A stretch of DNA of 64,000 nucleotides from Candidatus Gottesmanbacteria bacterium GW2011_GWA2_43_14 (GCA_000999095.1 LCFP01000012.1:68140-132139), one strand, 5' to 3'. Shown: positions 1 to 9,291, counted from the first letter of the stretch. The notes: generated from the letters alone by a model not told the origin. Program-made: numbers and translations.

Positions 1-1
1 T

Positions 2-253
2 GCCATCCTTATTTACCGGGACATAGTCGGTATGGGCAAAATCCCGATTGACGTCTACAGCGAGCCGCTGCGTTCCCTGATTACGTTTGTCATCCCGGTC
101 GGCATTATGATGGCTTTTCCGGTCAAAGCCCTTTTAGGCAGTCTGAAAATGCCGCTTATCATTTTTACCTTTGTTTTCAGTTTAAGCCTCCTCTTTATAA
201 GCATTGCCTTTTGGAATTATTCTTTGAAAAAATATACGTCAGCCTCCAGCTGA
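2..253 (+). CDS. ABC-2 family transporter permease, 3' partial
   Basis: Frame open from the window edge; hydrophobic with GKIPIDVY..LTFVIP motif and C-terminal YTSASS typical of this family. Confidence 0.75.
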   Translation, partial: AILIYRDIVGMGKIPIDVYSEPLRSLITFVIPVGIMMAFPVKALLGSLKMPLIIFTFVFSLSLLFISIAFWNYSLKKYTSASS

Positions 254-288
254 TTTAAAAATCAGGGAGGTGTTGCAGGTAAAACACG

Positions 289-1533
289 ATGAAAAAAAAC
301 ACAATTGTTATCGGTATCACTTCCGGCATCGCCGCTTACAAGGTCGTCAGTCTCATCAGGCTTTTAAAGACACAAGGTTTCTTAGTCGAAGTGGTGATGA
401 CGGATACGGCCGTCGCTATGTTCGGCGCCGAAATGTTTGAAAAAGAGACAGGCAAGCCTGTTTTCCACAAGCTTGTCGGGAAGGATTTCAGCTGGAGGGA
501 TACGGTTGAAAGGAAAGAAGTCGACCATATCAGGCTGGCTGACCGGGCGGATCTTTTGCTGATTGCCCCGACCACCGCCAATACCATCGCCAAATTGGCT
601 GCCGGCATCGCCGATAATTTTTTGACAACACTCGCTTTGGCGGTGACCTGTCCTGTTGCCATCTGTCCGTCGATGAATGTCCATATGTGGGGAAATCCCG
701 TTGTTCAAAAAAATCTGGAAAGCCTCAAAAAGCGGGGTTTTATCGTCATCCCTCCGGATTCGGGTAGCCTGGCCTGCGGCTATACCGGGGTGGGCAGGCT
801 CAAAGATACGGAAGAAATTGCCGGAAAGATCGGAAACATAATAAAAAGAGGACGCCGTCTTACCGGCAGTAAAATTCTGGTGACAGCCGGCGGGACTGCT
901 GAGTATATTGACAGCGTGCGCATTCTGACCAACAAAGCCAGCGGCAGAATGGGTCTGGCCATAGCCGGAGAGGCCAAGCTCCGGGGAGCGGAAGTGCTTC
1001 TCTTAAGAAGTGAGAAATCCGTTTCCGATCCGTTTGTTCCCGAAAAAACCTTTACCACATCGTCCGACCTGAAAAAACTGCTTGAAACATATACGCCCGT
1101 CTATGATATAATTTTCCACTCGGCCGCTGTTTCCGATTTTATGCCGGAAAAAAGTTTTAAGGGGAAAATCGAAAGCAGCCGGGATTTCGAACTCAGATTC
1201 CGTCACACGGATAAACTGATCGATACGGTCAAAAAACTGAATCCGGAAATCAAATTGATCGGTTTCAAGGCGGTTTTTGGGTTGAAAGAGACTGAAATTG
1301 CACAAATTGCGGATAAGATGTTTGTCAGAAGCGGGGCTGATTTTATTTGCGTAAACGACATCAAAAGAGCCGATATCGGATTTGAAGCCCGTGACAATGA
1401 AATTTGGCTGGTGACAAAAAGAAGAGCGGTGGTAAAATTAGAAAAAGCGCCGAAAGAGGAGATTGCCGCCAAACTTCTGGATTTATGTACGCGCAAGGAA
1501 ACCGGAAATGAGAAAAAGAAAACTGTTCGATAA
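289..1533 (+). CDS. coaBC: Bifunctional phosphopantothenoylcysteine decarboxylase / phosphopantothenate-cysteine ligase
   Basis: GITSGIAAYK, APTTANTIAKLAAGIADN, PSMNVHM, LACGYTGVGRL, VTAGGTAEYIDSVRILTNKASGRMG motifs. Confidence 0.95.
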   Translation: MKKNTIVIGITSGIAAYKVVSLIRLLKTQGFLVEVVMTDTAVAMFGAEMFEKETGKPVFHKLVGKDFSWRDTVERKEVDHIRLADRADLLLIAPTTANTIAKLAAGIADNFLTTLALAVTCPVAICPSMNVHMWGNPVVQKNLESLKKRGFIVIPPDSGSLACGYTGVGRLKDTEEIAGKIGNIIKRGRRLTGSKILVTAGGTAEYIDSVRILTNKASGRMGLAIAGEAKLRGAEVLLLRSEKSVSDPFVPEKTFTTSSDLKKLLETYTPVYDIIFHSAAVSDFMPEKSFKGKIESSRDFELRFRHTDKLIDTVKKLNPEIKLIGFKAVFGLKETEIAQIADKMFVRSGADFICVNDIKRADIGFEARDNEIWLVTKRRAVVKLEKAPKEEIAAKLLDLCTRKETGNEKKKTVR

Positions 1534-1723
1534 GGAAAAACGCCTCAAGGACCTGGAGATAAAATTGTCTTTTTACGAAGGCAAGCTTCTAAACCAGATG
1601 TCGACCTACCGCGGCATTGTCTCAGAAAGCGTCGCCTCGCCCATCAAGCACCAGGAGCTGATCATGCTGTATACCCATGTTGACGACCTCAAAAAAGAAA
1701 TAGAAGAACTCGAAGCCGATTAA
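1508..1723 (+). CDS. Small coiled-coil hypothetical protein
   Basis: ATG at 1508 overlapping the coaBC end; 71 aa charged helical sequence. Confidence 0.6.
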   Translation: MRKRKLFDKEKRLKDLEIKLSFYEGKLLNQMSTYRGIVSESVASPIKHQELIMLYTHVDDLKKEIEELEAD

Positions 1724-1730
1724 AAGTCGC

Positions 1731-2015
1731 TTACAAAAGTTTTTTCCTATAGAGCTGGACGTGTGTCCCTATTGCGACAAAAAAGGCAACCGATTCTTCA
1801 TAATCTTCGGTAATTTCCTTATAGATAGCTCTCCAGTCTGCTGTGATATTGATGCTGCGAAAACCGTAGTATTCACTTTTAAGCGGGTGATTATTTAACA
1901 GGGGATGGTAGGGATTTTTGACAAAGAGTACAATGCGTTCTTTAAATTTTTTGCGTATGCGTACGTTTGTTTTTTTAAGGGTTTTTATAAATTCAGGGCC
2001 AAACTGAATTTTCAT
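1731..2015 (-). CDS. RelE/YafQ-family mRNA interferase toxin
   Basis: LNNHPLK..Y.GFRSINIT.DWRAIY...IGTH.QLY; overlaps the antitoxin stop. Confidence 0.85.
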   Translation of the reverse strand: MKIQFGPEFIKTLKKTNVRIRKKFKERIVLFVKNPYHPLLNNHPLKSEYYGFRSINITADWRAIYKEITEDYEESVAFFVAIGTHVQLYRKKLL

Positions 2016-2296
2016 ACCCCTTGTTTTTCCAACCAGTCGATTGCATCTTCAGGTGTGTGGAAAACAGGAGATGCTTTTCCGGATTTCCGGTTTTTCTCCG
2101 CTTTTTTCATGGCACGAAGAAGATACTGGTTGGGGTCTTCATCAATGAGAGTAAAGTTAATTGTTTTAGTTCTGACGAGCTGTTTCAACCAGGCATTCAT
2201 TAAAGAACTTAAACTAAAACCCAGCTCTTTAGCTACTTTTTGAGCTTTTTCTTTTACTTCAGGTTCTGTTTTGATATAAATTGCTGTTGAATTCAT
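2012..2296 (-). CDS. RelB/DinJ-family antitoxin
   Basis: N-terminal RHH-like IYIKTEPEVKEKAQKVAKELGFSLSSLMNAWLKQLV, directly upstream of the toxin. Confidence 0.85.
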   Translation of the reverse strand: MNSTAIYIKTEPEVKEKAQKVAKELGFSLSSLMNAWLKQLVRTKTINFTLIDEDPNQYLLRAMKKAEKNRKSGKASPVFHTPEDAIDWLEKQGV

Positions 2297-2303
2297 ATAG
2301 CTA

Positions 2304-2333
2304 AAGTATATACAAAGTATATACTTATGTCAA
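2304..2333 (-). promoter_or_regulatory. Sigma70 promoter of the TA operon with tandem palindromic operators
   Basis: TTGACA-17 nt-TATACT, then 8 nt to ATG; palindromes GTATATAC (2306-2313) and AAGTATATACTT (2315-2326) overlap the spacer and -10. Confidence 0.8.
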
Positions 2334-2354
2334 GATAGCGAATTCTAAAATATC

Positions 2355-2363
2355 TGATAAAAT
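2355..2363 (+). promoter_or_regulatory. Extended -10 promoter for miaB, probably leaderless
   Basis: TGaTAAAAT 8 nt before the ATG; no SD. Confidence 0.55.
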
Positions 2364-2371
2364 ATGCAGAA

Positions 2372-3622
2372 ATGATTCAGACCTACTTCATAAAAACCTT
2401 CGGCTGCCAGCAGAATGAATCCGATTCCGAACGGATCGCCTCCTACTTCCGGAACCGCGGCTTCGGCAAAGCCAAAGGCATGTATCAGGCGGACACGGTA
2501 GTCATCAATACCTGCATGATCAGGGAAATGGCGGAAAACCGCGTCTACGGCACCGTCAACAATCTGGTCAAAAATAAGCTGAAAATGGGCAAACCCGGCA
2601 AGATTGTGGTTACCGGCTGTATGGTCGGTATGGCCGCCAGGGACAAGAGCGGCGTTTTCATGAAACTGATCAGGAAAAGGATGCCCTATGTCGATGAATT
2701 TTTGCCGATCGAGGAAGTCGGCTTCGACCATCCGCCTCTCCGTTCGGATACCGTCAACGCCTGGGTGCCGGTCTCCAACGGCTGCAACAATTTCTGCACT
2801 TTTTGCGTGGTTCCCTTCACCCGCGGCCGCGAGATTTCCAGGCCTTACGCCGATATTTTGGCCGAATGCCGCAAGCTGGCCGCTGGTGGCTTTCGCAAAA
2901 TCACTTTGCTTGGGATGAACGTCAATTCCTACGGCGCGGATCTGATAGTCGGGGCAGACAACGTCCAGGTCATGCGGGATATCGGACGGAAGTATTTCGG
3001 GAACAAGTCCGGCAAAATGCCCGCCGGCTACGTTTTACCTGACGGCCGCAAAGTGAAACCGGTTTTGGTGACGCATCTTGGCCGTTTGCGTATTCCCACC
3101 CTTTTTCCCTATCTTTTGGAGGATATCTGCGCCATTGAGGGGATTGAAAATATCGATTTCATGTCATCAAACCCCTGGGATTTTTCCCCGGAACTGATCG
3201 GAACAATTGCCAAAAATCCCAAAATCACCCGGAAACTGCACCTGGCAGTCCAGTCCGGCAGCGATACGGTCCTTAAGAGGATGAACCGCTGGTACAAAAG
3301 GAGCGAATTTCTGAAATTGCTCCGGACGATGAGAGAAAAAATAAAAGGAGTGGAATTCTCGACGGATATCATCGTCGGCTTCTGCGGGGAAACGGACAAA
3401 GAGTTTGAGGAGACGCTTGACCTGGCCAAAAAAGCCAAATTTTACAAAGCCTATATTGCCATGTATTCGGACCGCCCGGGTACAGCCGCGCACAAAGCCT
3501 TCAAAGATGACGTGCCCCACCCGCTTAAAAAGAAACGCTGGCAGGTTCTGGAAAAGATGATCAACAAGCCGTATGTTGAAAGTTTAAAAAGAAAAAAGAT
3601 TCCATCAAAAGCCAACCGTTAA
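2372..3622 (+). CDS. miaB: tRNA-2-methylthio-N6-dimethylallyladenosine synthase (radical SAM methylthiotransferase)
   Basis: TFGCQQNESDSE, NTC, VTGC, GCNNFCTFCVVP, QSGSD.VLKRMNR, TDIIVGF; no obvious C-terminal TRAM domain. Confidence 0.9.
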   Translation: MIQTYFIKTFGCQQNESDSERIASYFRNRGFGKAKGMYQADTVVINTCMIREMAENRVYGTVNNLVKNKLKMGKPGKIVVTGCMVGMAARDKSGVFMKLIRKRMPYVDEFLPIEEVGFDHPPLRSDTVNAWVPVSNGCNNFCTFCVVPFTRGREISRPYADILAECRKLAAGGFRKITLLGMNVNSYGADLIVGADNVQVMRDIGRKYFGNKSGKMPAGYVLPDGRKVKPVLVTHLGRLRIPTLFPYLLEDICAIEGIENIDFMSSNPWDFSPELIGTIAKNPKITRKLHLAVQSGSDTVLKRMNRWYKRSEFLKLLRTMREKIKGVEFSTDIIVGFCGETDKEFEETLDLAKKAKFYKAYIAMYSDRPGTAAHKAFKDDVPHPLKKKRWQVLEKMINKPYVESLKRKKIPSKANR

Positions 3623-4632
3623 TCATCATCTGCGGCCCTACCGCAACCGGCAAAACCGGCCTGGGCCTTGAGCTTGCCCGGAAGTTCGGCGGGGAAATCG
3701 TCTCTGCCGACAGCCGCCAGGTTTACCGGGGGATGGATATCGGCACCGGCAAGGATATCCCCAAAAATTCCAATTTCCGTATCACCCCCGGGGTGATACA
3801 GGATTCACAATCCGGGATTTTAAATCATCAGGATATTAAAATCGGATATTATCTGATAGACGGAATTCCCCTCTGGCTGGTGGATATCGTCAAGCCGGAT
3901 TTTAATTTCCACCTCAGCCTTTACCGCCGCCTGGCTCTTGCTGTTATCGCCGATATCAGCAGGCGGGGGAAACTGCCTTTGGTTGTCGGCGGTACCGGTT
4001 TGTATATCAAATCTCTTTTAACCGATATGCCCGATATGGAGATACTGCCTGATGCGGATCTGAGGCAGCAACTTAGCGGTAAAAACAGCAATGAACTGGG
4101 GGAAATTTTGCGCGCCCGCGATTTTGTCAAATGGCAAAAAATGAACGTGTCGGACAGGCAAAATCCCCGCAGGCTGGTGAGGGCCATCGAAGTTGCCGGC
4201 AAAAGGCCGGCGGAAAAGACTATACTGCCTGTATTCGATTTCCTGATGGTTTATTTGAAAGGCCCGAAAACCTGGTTGGACGACAGGATCAAAAAAAGGG
4301 TGGCGGAGAGAATATCCGCCGGTGTGGTGGCAGAAACGGATAATTTAATAAAAGACGGTTACGATTTTAATTTGCCTTCCTTTTCCGCTTCCCCTTACAG
4401 ACAGCTGGCGGCATACTTCACCGGAGGAAAAAAGCCGGAACTGCTGGATCAGGCTCTTAACAACTGGCAAAAGGCGGAAAAAGACTATGCCCAAAGACAA
4501 ACAGTCTGGTTCGATAAAATGGCCCGGCAGTTTTCAGCCCCAGGAAAAGTAATGGAGGTTGACGCCTCGAAAATAAACAGAAAGCAGTTAGAAGTTGAGA
4601 TTGGGGAATGGTATACTAAAAGACGTGCCTAA
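3604..4632 (+). CDS. miaA: tRNA dimethylallyltransferase (start non-canonical or uncertain)
   Basis: IIICGPTATGKT P-loop and EIVSADSRQVYRGMDIGTGK lie in frame upstream of the first ATG (3733); VVGGTGLY, RRLVRAIEV, YAQRQTVWF. Confidence 0.9.
   Translation: MKSQPLIIICGPTATGKTGLGLELARKFGGEIVSADSRQVYRGMDIGTGKDIPKNSNFRITPGVIQDSQSGILNHQDIKIGYYLIDGIPLWLVDIVKPDFNFHLSLYRRLALAVIADISRRGKLPLVVGGTGLYIKSLLTDMPDMEILPDADLRQQLSGKNSNELGEILRARDFVKWQKMNVSDRQNPRRLVRAIEVAGKRPAEKTILPVFDFLMVYLKGPKTWLDDRIKKRVAERISAGVVAETDNLIKDGYDFNLPSFSASPYRQLAAYFTGGKKPELLDQALNNWQKAEKDYAQRQTVWFDKMARQFSAPGKVMEVDASKINRKQLEVEIGEWYTKRRA
3780..3820. repeat. Bipartite palindromic element, copy 1 (inside miaA)
   Basis: TATCACCCC-C-GGGGTGATA + 11 nt + ATCCGGGATTT; matches 40874-40914. 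Confidence 0.7.
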
Positions 4633-5527
4633 GAAAGTCGAAATTTCCCACAGGACTATCATTTTTACCACGGTTTTTCTGCTGTCTTTGTGGTTTCTGG
4701 TCCAGGTGTCGGAGATTATTTTCTGGCTGTTTATTTCCTTTATCCTGATGTCCGCTTTCAAGCCGACGGTAGATTATCTGGAAGGAAAAAGATTTCCGCG
4801 GATTTTAGCCATACTGGTAATTTATGTCTTTCTGATATTGGTCCTGGTTTTTGTGGGCAGTACGATCATTCCTCCTTTGGTTACCCAGACTATCGGGCTG
4901 ATAGAAAGGCTACCCGGGTACCTCAGGACTGTTTTGCCGTTTTTGACCATCGATCCGGGTGTGGTGACACAGCAGATTGCTCCTATCGGCCAAAACCTGG
5001 TCAAACTTAGCTTGGGTATTTTCAACAATCTGGTAGCTTTCTTTACCATTATCGTTATTACCTTTTATCTTCTTCTGGAACGGAAAAACCTCAATTCTTA
5101 CCTGACTTTTTTACTGGGGGATACAACAGGCAGCAATGTCAGCGGCGTCATCAGGAAGGTCGAGGAACGCTTAGGGGCCTGGGTCAGGGGACAGGTGACC
5201 CTGCTTTTTGTCGTCGGTATCCTGACTTATATCGGTTTGGCGATTCTGGGCATTCCGTATGCTTTGCCTTTGGCGATTCTGGCCGCCCTTCTGGAAATCG
5301 TGCCCAACATCGGTCCCGTTTTGGCTTCCATCCCGGCCATCATCGTTTCCTTTGCCGTTTCCTCCCTGCATCCTATGTTTACGATTATTATGTACATTAT
5401 CATCCAGCAGTTGGAAAACCAGCTGATTGTGCCGCAGGTCATGCGCAGAGTAGTCGGTTTGCCGCCACTTGTCACAATCGTCGCCATTCTGATCGGGGTC
5501 AAACTGGCAGGAATCCGCGGCGTGTAA
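4625..5527 (+). CDS. AI-2E (UPF0118) family transporter, C-terminus appears short
   Basis: Multi-TM; LEIVPNIGP, IQQLENQLIVPQVM motifs; GTG start 7 nt after TGgTATACT. Confidence 0.85.
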   Translation: MPKKVEISHRTIIFTTVFLLSLWFLVQVSEIIFWLFISFILMSAFKPTVDYLEGKRFPRILAILVIYVFLILVLVFVGSTIIPPLVTQTIGLIERLPGYLRTVLPFLTIDPGVVTQQIAPIGQNLVKLSLGIFNNLVAFFTIIVITFYLLLERKNLNSYLTFLLGDTTGSNVSGVIRKVEERLGAWVRGQVTLLFVVGILTYIGLAILGIPYALPLAILAALLEIVPNIGPVLASIPAIIVSFAVSSLHPMFTIIMYIIIQQLENQLIVPQVMRRVVGLPPLVTIVAILIGVKLAGIRGV

Positions 5528-5552
5528 GCTTCTCTATACTTAATTTTGGACA

Positions 5553-7238
5553 ATGGAAATTTTGGCTCTTATTTCATTCGGTTTATCGATTTATGCTATT
5601 TTGAGGGTAAACCGGTTGGAAAGCTATCTCAAGGAAAAATTTGACGGTGAGATCAAAGGTGAGGTTGTAAATCAAAAGACAGGGGAGGCGGAACCGGTTT
5701 TCGGGAAAAAAGAGAGTACGGCTAATATTTTCAGCTGGTTTGCCCACGAATGGCCTTTAAAAACAGGCGCACTCCTTATTCTCCTCGGATTTATCTGGCT
5801 GGTCACTTATGCCTTTTTAAATAACTGGGTGGGACCGTTGGGCAGGATTACTTTCGGCTTTCTCTCAGGCTCAGCCATCCTTTATTTAGGCGAAAAACGG
5901 TTAAAAACTGTTTCTTCCCAGGGAATAACCATGACCGGACTGGGAGCTGCGGTAATCATGATAACCGTTTATGCGGCCCAGCATGTTTACAGCATGTTTC
6001 CTGCCCCAATCGCCTTATTATTTACCTCTCTGACCATGATGATGACCGCCGCGGTCAGTTTAAAGTATAAAGTCAGGTCGCTGGCCATCTTCAGCCTGGC
6101 AATCGGAGGACTGGCTCCGCTTCTTATAGGCAGGGCGGGCGAAGGCATCCTGGGGCTTTATGGTTACCTTTTGGCTGTAACCGCCGGGGTGATCTGGCTG
6201 GCCGGTTATTCCCGCTGGAAAATCCTGATTTTTCTGTCGATGGTTACTATTTCATTCTACAGTTTTTCCTATTTTTTCCCGGGCAGGATTTTCCCCGGTT
6301 CGATCCTACTGCCGCAGGAGTTTTTCTACCTGAAATTTTTTGCGGTCACCTTCTCTAGCCTGTATTTTTTTACCATCCTTTTGTCCGTGGTTTCGCGCAA
6401 GGTGGAGGTTCCGGATTTGTTGGCAGCGGCAGCCCACGGCCTGTTTACCGTCGGCTGGATCAACGGCATTGTCCTGCCGGAATATAAAAGCGCGGTTACG
6501 CTTTTGGCGGCTGCTTTTTATCTCGGGGCCACCTACCTGGTTTTTCTCCGCACCAAGGTCAAAAACGCTCTTTTCCTCTATACCTTTATTTCCGTATTTC
6601 TGCTGACTTTGGCGGCGGTCTTTGAGTTTCAGGGACCGGTTCTGGTCATTGCCCTGTCGGTCGAGGCGGCTCTCCTGCCTATAGCTGCTCTGGCTTTGCT
6701 GAATCAGGAAATCGCCGGCTACCTGTTAGCACTTTTCATTCTGCCTTCCCTTTTTTCGGTGCCTTCCCTTTTTTCCGGCAAGTGGAACCTGGGGCTTCTT
6801 CAGAATGATTTTTATGCCCTGTCGGGGGTTACTCTGGCATACCTGACTTCCGGCTTTTATTTTCTCGGAAAATTCAGACAGAAGGATCATTCCCTGCACC
6901 GGGCGGCTATCCTCGTAACCATTGCCGGAGCCTATTATGCCTTATTTTTAATCTGGAAAATAAACCGGGTGTTTTTTACGCCTGATTATGTAGCCAGGAT
7001 GATCAGCCTGTTGATTTACTCCCTGGCCGGACTGTATTTTTATGTTAAGGGGGAATTGGAACAAAGAAAAATATTTTACCGTTTCGGCATGTCGGTACTT
7101 ATCTTTGTCGTTGCCAGGCTTTTGATTGTCGAGGTCTGGTCCATGGAAATAAGCTACCGGATTGTTACCTTCTTTTTGACGGGTTTGATGTTTACCGGGT
7201 CCGTAATTTTGAGGAAATCGAAGGTTACCCAAAAATGA
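5553..7238 (+). CDS. DUF2339-like multi-pass membrane protein
   Basis: W.LKTGALLILLGFIWLVTYAF.NNWVGP.GRI N-terminal motif and C-terminal RIVTFFLTG. Confidence 0.75.
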   Translation: MEILALISFGLSIYAILRVNRLESYLKEKFDGEIKGEVVNQKTGEAEPVFGKKESTANIFSWFAHEWPLKTGALLILLGFIWLVTYAFLNNWVGPLGRITFGFLSGSAILYLGEKRLKTVSSQGITMTGLGAAVIMITVYAAQHVYSMFPAPIALLFTSLTMMMTAAVSLKYKVRSLAIFSLAIGGLAPLLIGRAGEGILGLYGYLLAVTAGVIWLAGYSRWKILIFLSMVTISFYSFSYFFPGRIFPGSILLPQEFFYLKFFAVTFSSLYFFTILLSVVSRKVEVPDLLAAAAHGLFTVGWINGIVLPEYKSAVTLLAAAFYLGATYLVFLRTKVKNALFLYTFISVFLLTLAAVFEFQGPVLVIALSVEAALLPIAALALLNQEIAGYLLALFILPSLFSVPSLFSGKWNLGLLQNDFYALSGVTLAYLTSGFYFLGKFRQKDHSLHRAAILVTIAGAYYALFLIWKINRVFFTPDYVARMISLLIYSLAGLYFYVKGELEQRKIFYRFGMSVLIFVVARLLIVEVWSMEISYRIVTFFLTGLMFTGSVILRKSKVTQK

Positions 7239-8380
7239 AATTGAAAATCATCCTATTTTCAGTCTGCTTGTTATTTTTGAATTTGTCCGCTTCCGCCCGG
7301 GTTTCGGCGCTGACTTATTATGCGACTCCGGCAGAGTTGCCGGTTGCGGAAATAATCAGCAGTTTTCGCCTTTATCAGGTAATTGCGGATCTGCAATTAA
7401 GCGTTCCCTCGGTGGTAAAGTTTCCGTTAGACGGCAGTTCAGGCAGTTTTGCCGTTCTGGAAACGGAAAGCAATACTTTCCAGCCCTATAATGTCACCTC
7501 CGAACTGACAAAAGTACCGTTTACGGTTGAGAGCGGAAATGCTGATGATCCGTTTTTGAACGACGGCAATAATAATACTTTTGCGGAATATGCCCTGGTT
7601 GATGCGGGTGGCGAAAACACCGCGGTGCTTACTTTTTCCTATTCAAGGCCAATCAGTACATATCAGCTGAAATTCAGCCTGGCGGACAACGTCCAGCTGC
7701 CGGATGCGGTTTCAGTTGTTGAGCTAGGGGGAAATTTGGAAAGGATACTGATCAACCGCAAAGCGCTTTCAAACAGCGCGGTCAGTTTTCCGGCTTCAAA
7801 TGCTTCCTCCTTCAGGGTAATTTTTTATTACCGCCAGCCTTTGAGAATCAGCGAAATAGGCTTTAATGATACGGCCGGCAGAACCGCCCAAAAATATCTT
7901 TTGTTCCTGGCCGGCCCCGGATTGAATTACCATGTTTACAGTTCTGCCGAAGTCGTCCCATATATCAGGCTGCCTGAATCAGCCGACTTGCGGGCAGGGG
8001 CCGAAACCGTGGAAATCGCCGCGCCTCCCAAGGTATTAAACCCCTTCTTTAAAGAAGCCGATTCCGACCGGGACGGGATAGCTGACAAAAGGGACAATTG
8101 CCGCGACATCCATAATCCAGACCAGGCTGATGTCAACCGGAATTCACGCGGGGATGCCTGCGAAGATTTTGACCTTGACGGAGTCTTAAACGGCAAGGAC
8201 AATTGTCCTGACAAGCCGAACCGTTTGCAGCAGGATAGCGACCGCGACGGAGCCGGTGATCATTGCGATTCAACCGAAAACAGGATAATAGAGCGTTTCC
8301 CGTATTTGCCATGGCTGGGCATCGGGATCGGTTTTTTGATAGTGGCTTTAATATTTAAAACCGCCATTTCACCGAAATAA
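7235..8380 (+). CDS. Exported, C-terminally anchored protein with thrombospondin type-3 Ca-binding repeats
   Basis: Signal peptide; DSDRDGIADKRDNC..NPDQAD...GDAC / DNCPDKPN.LQQDSDRDGAGDHC; C-terminal TM. Confidence 0.8.
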   Translation: MKLKIILFSVCLLFLNLSASARVSALTYYATPAELPVAEIISSFRLYQVIADLQLSVPSVVKFPLDGSSGSFAVLETESNTFQPYNVTSELTKVPFTVESGNADDPFLNDGNNNTFAEYALVDAGGENTAVLTFSYSRPISTYQLKFSLADNVQLPDAVSVVELGGNLERILINRKALSNSAVSFPASNASSFRVIFYYRQPLRISEIGFNDTAGRTAQKYLLFLAGPGLNYHVYSSAEVVPYIRLPESADLRAGAETVEIAAPPKVLNPFFKEADSDRDGIADKRDNCRDIHNPDQADVNRNSRGDACEDFDLDGVLNGKDNCPDKPNRLQQDSDRDGAGDHCDSTENRIIERFPYLPWLGIGIGFLIVALIFKTAISPK

Positions 8381-8413
8381 CTCCGTCTTTTACGTCCGCT
8401 TTTTTTAATATAC

Positions 8414-8466
8414 AAAATATTAATAAATTATATAAACTTGACTTTATTAATATTTTATAGTTAAAT
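8414..8466 (+). promoter_or_regulatory. Promoter/operator of the Phd-PIN TA operon
   Basis: 14-bp inverted repeat AAAATATTAATAAA (8414-8427) / TTTATTAATATTTT (8443-8456) around TTGACT at 8438. Confidence 0.6.
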
Positions 8467-8474
8467 GTATTTAT

Positions 8475-8786
8475 ATGAAGTCGCAAGTATCAATGGACGA
8501 GTTCAGAAAAAATTTGTCAGAGATTGTTGCAAGAGTTATGTACGGTGATCAGACTTACCTGGTTAAAAAACACAGCAGGTCAGGAGTTGTGGTCATTAGC
8601 GAGAGGGAATATGAAAATTTGAGGGATCCGAGAAAACGGTTTGATTCAAAAAGCGATTGGAATAAATTTTTTAAGTTTACCGATAAAATCAGATCCGCAA
8701 TGTCTGTAAAGGATCAATTGAGGTTGGAAAAAATCATTAACAGAGAAATAAAGGCCATTAGGTCAAAAAAAGCCATAAAAGACTGA
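8475..8786 (+). CDS. Phd/YefM-family antitoxin
   Basis: VSMDEFRKNLSEIVARV.YG...YLVKKH....VVVISEREYE. Confidence 0.8.
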   Translation: MKSQVSMDEFRKNLSEIVARVMYGDQTYLVKKHSRSGVVVISEREYENLRDPRKRFDSKSDWNKFFKFTDKIRSAMSVKDQLRLEKIINREIKAIRSKKAIKD

Positions 8787-8796
8787 AAAACATTTT

Positions 8797-9231
8797 ATGG
8801 CCGGTATTATACGAGTAATTTTAGATACAAATGTCTTAATCAGCGGACTTTTCGGTATCAAAAATTCCGCTTCCGCAAAAATCCTTATAGCCGTCCGTAA
8901 TCAAAAATTTATCCTCGTAAACTCTCCTGAAATTCTTGAAGAGATAGCGGAAGTGATAAACCGTGAAAGAATTGTGAAGATAACCAAAATGAATAAAGCG
9001 GAAAGGAAAAAATTCATGGAAGAATTAATTGGCAGAAGCGAGGTAACTTCAGGCAGGAAACTATCAAAATCAGGAGGACGCGACGAAAAGGACGATAAAT
9101 TTTTGGCTTGTGCTTACGAGGCTCACGCGGATTATATTGTGACAGGGGATAAAGACCTGTTGGTTTTGAAAGAGTATGGATATACAAAAATAGTGTCTCC
9201 GAAAGAATTTACGGAATTCATGAGTCTGTGA
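8797..9231 (+). CDS. PIN-domain putative toxin
   Basis: RVILDTNVLISG, RDEKDDKFLACA, ADYIVTGDKDLL. Confidence 0.9.
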   Translation: MAGIIRVILDTNVLISGLFGIKNSASAKILIAVRNQKFILVNSPEILEEIAEVINRERIVKITKMNKAERKKFMEELIGRSEVTSGRKLSKSGGRDEKDDKFLACAYEAHADYIVTGDKDLLVLKEYGYTKIVSPKEFTEFMSL

Positions 9232-9291
9232 TTAATGCCCCGAATCGATCAGGACAATCATACCATCCGGTTGGACGTGTCATGTCATTTT

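Noticed and set aside
3573-3587. ATG at 3573 as the miaA start
   Set aside because: Wrong frame; reads MLKV then stop
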